A stretch of 11,808 nt of DNA, taken from a bacterium. Lineage in GTDB: Bacteria; RBG-13-61-14; DATKZS01. The DNA is taken from NCBI GenBank assembly GCA_046484135.1, contig JAWOBU010000128.1, forward strand, positions 1-11,808, written 5' to 3'. Position 1 is the first letter of the stretch. Each line of letters begins with the position of its first letter. A program made the position numbers and the translations under genes. Below are positions 7,152 to 11,808 of this stretch, in pieces. The notes below the pieces were generated by a model. It did not search any database, was not told the origin of the DNA, and worked only from the letters and a program-made list of their open reading frames with translations.

Positions 7152-7712
7152 CTACTTCACCGTGGCCTTGAGCTTGGCTTCGCCGTTCTCGACCACGACC
7201 TTAAACTTGACGTCCTTGCCCTGGTGCTTCTCCTTGAGCTTGGGCATCTGCTTTTTGATGGACTCAGCCATCTTCTCCTTGGACACGTTGGTGTTCTGGT
7301 TGAGGCTCTTGCGGGCCTCGATGTAGTCCTGGTAAAGCTTGTCAATGCCGCCGTCTTCACCGGACTTGCGGTTCTGGGCCGAGGCCTGGCCCGGAGGCGG
7401 AGAAGCTGCGGCAGCCGCCTTGCCGGTGGGACGCCCTCTTCTCATGGTGCCCTGTTCCATGGCCTGCATCTGCCGCTCCCACTTCTGGTTGTAGGAGTTG
7501 AACTTGGCAACCAACTGCTGGAACTTGAAGTTCAACCGGGTGTTGGTGATCTTCTGGTTGGACAGACGCCGGATGTAATACTGGACCGAGGTCTTCTCCT
7601 GCAGAGGCGCCCGCTTACGCTGGCCCATAAAGTACTGGTCGTAGTCCGCCCGAAGTCTTTCGATCCTCTGTTCCAAGTCTGCTAAAAGATCGTCGTTAAT
7701 GTTGTCAGCCAT
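7152..7712 (-). CDS. Stand-alone MXAN_5187 C-terminal-domain-type protein (function unknown)
   Basis: SD GGGGAGAG upstream. N-terminal L..LR..YDQYF.G..KR.P and F.F..L..KF.SY...WER; Ala/Pro linker; C-terminal LY..YI.ARK and V.FKVVV.NG.AKLKA. Family recognised from memory, not searched. Confidence 0.75.
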   Translation of the reverse strand: MADNINDDLLADLEQRIERLRADYDQYFMGQRKRAPLQEKTSVQYYIRRLSNQKITNTRLNFKFQQLVAKFNSYNQKWERQMQAMEQGTMRRGRPTGKAAAAASPPPGQASAQNRKSGEDGGIDKLYQDYIEARKSLNQNTNVSKEKMAESIKKQMPKLKEKHQGKDVKFKVVVENGEAKLKATVK

Positions 7713-7744
7713 GTCTCTCTCCCCGAAAAACAGGTTTCACTCTT

Positions 7745-7794
7745 TTGCTTTGCTCCCATCTTATAATTATCATAAATAAATCGGAGCTTGTAAA
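7745..7794. promoter_or_regulatory. Overlapping divergent sigma70-like promoters
   Basis: Plus strand: TTGCTT (7745-7750), N17, TATCAT (7768-7773). Minus strand: TTTACA (7794-7789), N17, GATAAT (7771-7766). AT-rich island between divergent genes. Confidence 0.5.
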
Positions 7795-7865
7795 GAGCGA
7801 ATTTAACCGTCCGGTCTCAGTCCCGACAAGGCCGGATATTTTGTCATATCGAGGCTGTAATTTCA

Positions 7866-8864
7866 GTGCATACCCGGATAAAAGCTATAGGGCTCATTAG
7901 CGGCGGTCTGGACTCGGTGCTGGCCGTGCGAGTGGTCCAGGAGCAGAGCATCGAAGTCATAGGTCTGTCCTGTAAACATCCTTTCCACTCTTCGTCCGGC
8001 CGGACCTCCTCGGACAGCGCCGAGCGGGTCGCCCGCCAGGCCGGGATCGAGCTTTATAAACCGGATGTGTCCGATACCATGATAGAGCTTGTAAAAGACC
8101 CTCCTCACGGCCACGGCAAGCACTTAAATCCATGCATAGACTGCCGGATCATGTACCTCAGGGAAGGGGCCCGGCTCATGGAGGAGCACGGCGCGCATTT
8201 TCTTATCACCGGCGAGGTCCTGGGACAGCGGCCCATGAGCCAGATGCGGGATACCCTGGACATCGTGGAACGGGACTCGGGCCTGCGGGGCCTTGTGCTT
8301 CGGCCCTTGAGCGCGCGGCTTTTGCGGCCCACGGTGCCGGAGGAAAAAGGCTGGGTGGACCGGGAGAGGCTTCTTTCCATCTCCGGCAGAGGCAGGAAGG
8401 AACAGATGGCCCTGGCGGAGAAGTTCGGCATAACGGATTATGACACGCCCGCGGGCGGATGCCTTCTTACCATGGAGGGATTTGTAAACAAAGTAGATGA
8501 TCTTATAAAGCACAAGGAAAAGATATCCGCCAACGACATCGAGCTTTTAAAGTTCGGCAGGCATTACCGGCTTTCTCCGAAAAGCCGCCTGGCAGTGGGA
8601 AAGCACGACCAGGACAACCGGCGGCTTATGGAGCTTGCCGCAGCAGATGACATCCTCATCCTGACCAAGGACGTTCCGGGACCGGCGGGGGTGTTGCGGG
8701 GAGATCCTTCCGAGCCTGACTTGGAAAAGGCCCTCTCGATCATGGCAAGCCATGTAAAGCGCGGGGGGGCGGTAGTGCAGTTCCAGGTTAAAACCGAAAG
8801 CAGCGAAAGAACCATGTCCGCAAGCGCCCTGCCGGCTCCCGAACCGGCCCCCATGCGGCTTTGA
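7866..8864 (+). CDS. PP-loop tRNA sulfurtransferase-like protein (ThiI/MnmA-related, no THUMP domain, C-terminal DUF814/NFACT-R-like domain)
   Basis: SGGLDS PP-loop near the N-terminus; G.GK.LNPCIDCR; TGEVLGQRPMSQ; LRPLSA; GR.RK.Q; TPAGGCLLT; GRH.RL...L.VG....DN. GTG start with GAGG upstream; exact start uncertain. Confidence 0.85.
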   Translation: MHTRIKAIGLISGGLDSVLAVRVVQEQSIEVIGLSCKHPFHSSSGRTSSDSAERVARQAGIELYKPDVSDTMIELVKDPPHGHGKHLNPCIDCRIMYLREGARLMEEHGAHFLITGEVLGQRPMSQMRDTLDIVERDSGLRGLVLRPLSARLLRPTVPEEKGWVDRERLLSISGRGRKEQMALAEKFGITDYDTPAGGCLLTMEGFVNKVDDLIKHKEKISANDIELLKFGRHYRLSPKSRLAVGKHDQDNRRLMELAAADDILILTKDVPGPAGVLRGDPSEPDLEKALSIMASHVKRGGAVVQFQVKTESSERTMSASALPAPEPAPMRL

Positions 8865-8869
8865 GTCCT

Positions 8870-9709
8870 TTAACCTTCCTTTTCCTCCAGCGCCAGCCGG
8901 TAGATGTCCTTTCTGCTCCAGCCCGGCTCACGCGCAAGCTCAGAGGCCGCGTCCTTTACGGAAAGCCCTTTCTCGAGCAGCTCCGAGACCTGCGCCCTCA
9001 TCTGTTCTTCGGTAACGGCTTCAGCCTCTTCCCGGCCGCGGATGAGAACCGTGACCTCGCCCTTTATCTCCCGGCCCTCGAGCTCTTCCAGAAGCTCGGA
9101 CAAACTTCCGCCCAGCCGCTCCTCGAACGCCTTGGATATCTCCCGGAAAATAACCGCCTCCCGGTCGCCCAGCACGTGGAGCGCATCCTGTAAAAACCTT
9201 TGCAGCCTTTTGGGGCTCTCGTAGAAAACCAGCGTATCGGGCCTTGCCGCAAGCTCGGACAGTTGCCGGCGGCGGGCCTCCTTCCGGCGGGCGACGAACC
9301 CGGTGAAGCTGACCCGGTCGGTGGGAAGTCCGGCGGCGGACAGGGCCGCAACGAGCGCGGAAGGACCGGGCACAGGCTCTACCTTGATGCCTTCCCGCCA
9401 TGCCGCGCGGACCAGCCGGTAGCCGGGATCGGAGATGGCGGGCGTTCCCCCGTCGGTTACCAGAGCCACGCTCTTGCCCTGTTTGAGAAGGCTGATGAAC
9501 TCGGGGGTCCGTTCCTTCTCGCGCGGCTCGTAATAGCTTTGTAAAGGTTTCTTGATCTCAAGGTAGGACAGCAACGCCCGGGTGCGGCGGGTGTCCTCGC
9601 AAGCCACCAGGTCCGCTTCGGCAAGGACCCGCTCCGCCCGCCGGGTCAGGTCCTCGAGGTTGCCCAGCGGAGTGGCCACCACGTACAATACGCCGCTTTT
9701 TTCTTCCAT
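8870..9709 (-). CDS. rsmI: 16S rRNA (cytidine1402-2'-O)-methyltransferase
   Basis: LYVVATPLGNLEDLT.RA, ACEDTRRT, VALVTDGGTP.ISDPG, PVPGPSA, FYESP.R, REISK.FEE, KGEVT. True start is ATG 9709 (MEEKSG); the track extension to 9883 overlaps the thiolase. Confidence 0.96.
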   Translation of the reverse strand: MEEKSGVLYVVATPLGNLEDLTRRAERVLAEADLVACEDTRRTRALLSYLEIKKPLQSYYEPREKERTPEFISLLKQGKSVALVTDGGTPAISDPGYRLVRAAWREGIKVEPVPGPSALVAALSAAGLPTDRVSFTGFVARRKEARRRQLSELAARPDTLVFYESPKRLQRFLQDALHVLGDREAVIFREISKAFEERLGGSLSELLEELEGREIKGEVTVLIRGREEAEAVTEEQMRAQVSELLEKGLSVKDAASELAREPGWSRKDIYRLALEEKEG

Positions 9710-9714
9710 CAGGC

Positions 9715-10899
9715 TTATGGCGCGCCCAGCACGAACACGGAGGCCAGCGCTCCCGGCCCGCCCAGGGTATGGGCCACTCCCAGATTTGCCTTCTTGACCT
9801 GCATCTTGTCCGCTCTGCCCCGCAACTGGTCGCTGATGTTGTTTATCATGCGTACTCCGGAGGCCCCTACCGGGTGCCCGCACGACTTCAAGCCTCCCGA
9901 CGTGTTCACCGGCAGCTTGCCGTCCAGGTAGGTCTCTCCCTCCTCGATCAGCTTCCAGCCCTCCCCTTTTTCCGCGAACAAGAGGTCCTCGTAGTTTACG
10001 ATCTCGGTGATGGTGAAGCAGTCGTGGAGCTCGACCACGTCCACCTCGGCAATCGGCTTTTTGATGCCGGCCTGGGCATAGGCCTTCCGCGCCGCTTCCT
10101 GAGTGGATTCAAACCCGGTAAACGAGAACGCGGGATGCATCTGGGCGGTGTAGTACCCGCCGGTAATGGCGAGCGCCGCTCCCTTGATGATCACGTAATC
10201 GTCGGTGTACTCCTTTGCTTTGTGTGCCGGACACAGTATGGCCGCGGCAGCGCCGTCGGTGGTGGGACAGCAGTCAAAGAGCTTCAGGGGGGACACCACG
10301 GGTGGCGCGCTCATGGCTTTTTCTATGTTGATCTCGCTCCGGAAGTGGGCCTTGGGGTTCAACGAGCCGTGCTTGTGGTTTTTGACCGCGACCTTGGCCA
10401 GGGTGTCCTCGCCGATGCCGTACTCGTGGAAGTAGCGGTTGGCCAGGAGCGCGAACATGCCCGGCGCGGTCCTGCCCTTGCAGTAAAGGGGATGGCCCCG
10501 CTCCACGTGCTGGGCCACCAGGCTGCCCCGGCCGGACACGTCCCGCATCTTCTCGACCCCCACCGCCAGGACCAGGTCGTACTCTCCCGCGGCCACCGCG
10601 AACGCACCGTTCCGGACCGCCTCCATGCCGGTCGAGCAGTAATTGGACACGCGCGTTACCGGAATGGGCTCCATCTTCAGGGTCTCGGTGACATTCACGC
10701 CGGAAGCTCCCTCGTACCCCCAACTGAAGGGAAGGTAGGTCCCGAGCCACCCCGCCTGGATGTCCGCGGGGTCTAGGCGGGCGTCCGAGAAAGCCTCCCG
10801 GCAGGCCTCCCACAGCATGTCGTTGTAGCTCTGGTGAAAGTTCTCCCCGAACTTGATCGTTCCCGTGCCGATTATGGCAACCTCGCCGGATATGGGCAT
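9715..10899 (-). CDS. SCP2-type / archaeal-type thiolase (acetyl-CoA acyltransferase family)
   Basis: N.CSTG (catalytic Cys), G.EKM, KN..HG..NP.A, PL.LFDCCP.TDGAAA, ELHDCFT, NTSGGL...GHPVGASG. ATG 10899 has SD GAGGAGG and overlaps the upstream stop (TGATG). Confidence 0.92.
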   Translation of the reverse strand: MPISGEVAIIGTGTIKFGENFHQSYNDMLWEACREAFSDARLDPADIQAGWLGTYLPFSWGYEGASGVNVTETLKMEPIPVTRVSNYCSTGMEAVRNGAFAVAAGEYDLVLAVGVEKMRDVSGRGSLVAQHVERGHPLYCKGRTAPGMFALLANRYFHEYGIGEDTLAKVAVKNHKHGSLNPKAHFRSEINIEKAMSAPPVVSPLKLFDCCPTTDGAAAAILCPAHKAKEYTDDYVIIKGAALAITGGYYTAQMHPAFSFTGFESTQEAARKAYAQAGIKKPIAEVDVVELHDCFTITEIVNYEDLLFAEKGEGWKLIEEGETYLDGKLPVNTSGGLKSCGHPVGASGVRMINNISDQLRGRADKMQVKKANLGVAHTLGGPGALASVFVLGAP

Positions 10900-11477
10900 C
10901 ACTGTCCTCCTCGGGTCAATGGCCGGAATTTCCAGAAGTAGTTGTTGAAGCCGCCGCCCTCGTGAAGCTTGCGGAACACCATCTCGACCTCCAGGTCAAT
11001 CTTCACCTCTTGCGGGTCCACGTCCGTCATCTGGGCGTAAAGCCTTCCCCCGCCCTTCAGGTCCACCGACACCATGGGGGTGGGAGGCTCCGGGTTCGGC
11101 ACCAGCGAGTCCAGGGCAAAGGTGTACACCCGGCCGCGGCGCGACACCTTATAAGCCGACATGTCCTCGCCACCGCAGCTCCAGCACTTGTAGCGCGGCG
11201 GGAACTGGATGGCCCCGCAGGCGTTGCACTTTTTCCCGTACCTCCTGATGTTGATGTCCTCCTCCCGCCACAGCACCGGCGCCGAGGTCCAGATGTCTAT
11301 GTCCTCGCCGGGAAGCAGGCCCCGAAACCGCAGGTAGCGGGCATAGCTCGACACCGGCCGGCCGGCGTCCGTCTGCTCCTTGATGGTTGTTACAAAGTCC
11401 CGGACGTGCTCAGTAACAGTCAAAAGGCAGGCGTCCGCGCCCGAGCCGTAGTTAAAGAGCGCTATATTATCGCCGGG
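10899..11477 (-). pseudogene. 5'-truncated HMG-CoA-synthase-like / DUF35 (Zn-ribbon + OB-fold) fusion gene
   Basis: PGDNIALFNYGSGADA...SYARYLRFRG resembles the C-terminal end of the HMG-CoA synthase/FabH fold. It is followed by KCNACG..QFPPR..CWSC (Zn ribbon) and an OB-fold (GRVYTF, GGGR.Y.Q.TD, EMVFRK, NYFWKFRP). Homology stops abruptly at ~11477 and an in-frame TGA lies just upstream of ATG 11495. The truncation may be an assembly artefact. Confidence 0.75.
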
Positions 11478-11601
11478 ATAGCCAATATTCACCATCCTGC
11501 TTAATCATGTCGATGATGTAGTTTTCTGTGGTGTCAGGTGTGACTCGCTCGTCCATGATTAACTCTTGCAGATGTTCTTTTGTTTCCTGAGTTAGTTGCA
11601 T
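11467..11601 (-). CDS. Small phage-like hypothetical protein (44 aa), probably truncated at the junction
   Basis: Manual translation: MQLTQETKEHLQELIMDERVTPDTTENYIIDMIKQDGEYWLSRR*. SD GGAGAG upstream; ATG 1 nt after the hydrolase stop; A/T-ending codons. The last codons and stop are read out of frame from the DUF35 gene. Confidence 0.55.
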   Translation of the reverse strand: MQLTQETKEHLQELIMDERVTPDTTENYIIDMIKQDGEYWLSRR

Positions 11602-11602
11602 G

Positions 11603-11806
11603 TTATCTCTCCGCATAAAAAATGTGGTTGCCGATTCGCCCTAGTTTTGGGAGTGATGCCGCCCAGTACGGGGTGATGTAGTCGGCGTGGTAGTGCGTGG
11701 GCGTTGTCATCCTTGGCGTGCGTCCTGCTAGAACGTCCTGGGCCAGCAATACTACCGCATGATAAGCTGGATCGTGCAGTGCCCCGCGACGCCTTTTTGT
11801 GATGCT
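11603..11806 (-). CDS. Cell wall hydrolase SleB/CwlJ family (Hydrolase_2), C-terminal part; 5' end beyond window
   Basis: Not in the ORF track. Manual translation: ...AYHAVVLLAQDVLAGRTPRMTTPTHYHADYITPYWAASLPKLGRIGNHIFYAER*. THYHADY..P.WA and IG.HIFY are the hallmark C-terminal motifs of the family. Confidence 0.85.
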   Translation of the reverse strand, partial: SITKRRRGALHDPAYHAVVLLAQDVLAGRTPRMTTPTHYHADYITPYWAASLPKLGRIGNHIFYAER

Positions 11807-11808
11807 TT

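Noticed and set aside
6777..7685. 302-aa plus-strand ORF (likewise 9769-10776 and 10962-11504)
   Set aside because: Antisense shadows of well-supported minus-strand genes.
7825..7850. Short inverted repeats GACAA/TTGTC and GATAT/ATATC
   Set aside because: Five-bp arms are expected by chance and there is no other support.
9710..9883. N-terminal extension of RsmI in the ORF track
   Set aside because: It overlaps the thiolase 3' end in another frame; RsmI homology begins at ATG 9709.
1..11808. CRISPR arrays, tRNA/rRNA genes, IS elements, intrinsic terminators
   Set aside because: No spaced direct repeats, RNA gene signatures, transposase motifs or convincing hairpin-plus-U-tract seen, including at the convergent gene ends (6516-6566, 8864-8870).

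Overview
GC-rich (~60%) bacterial segment, probably from a deltaproteobacterium-type lineage (Desulfobacterota/Myxococcota-like; inferred from an MXAN_5187-type protein and the thiolase/DUF35 genes). Bases 1-5183 hold a minus-strand operon with a good sigma70-type promoter, three tandem paralogous cobalamin-binding radical SAM enzymes (~490-500 aa each) and a class I SAM methyltransferase that is missing from the ORF track and runs off the window edge. This unassigned multi-step modification cassette, possibly acting on a membrane-associated substrate, is the most interesting feature. The middle holds mazG, two small membrane proteins, a stand-alone MXAN_5187-C-terminal-type protein, a THUMP-less ThiI/MnmA-like PP-loop tRNA sulfurtransferase and rsmI. 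The right end holds an SCP2-type thiolase coupled to an HMG-CoA-synthase-like/DUF35 fusion gene. That gene breaks off at ~11477-11480, where the DNA switches to phage-like sequence (SleB/Hydrolase_2 cell wall hydrolase C-terminus plus a 44-aa ORF), indicating either an insertion or an assembly chimera. All calls come from motif recognition by eye; no database searches were run.
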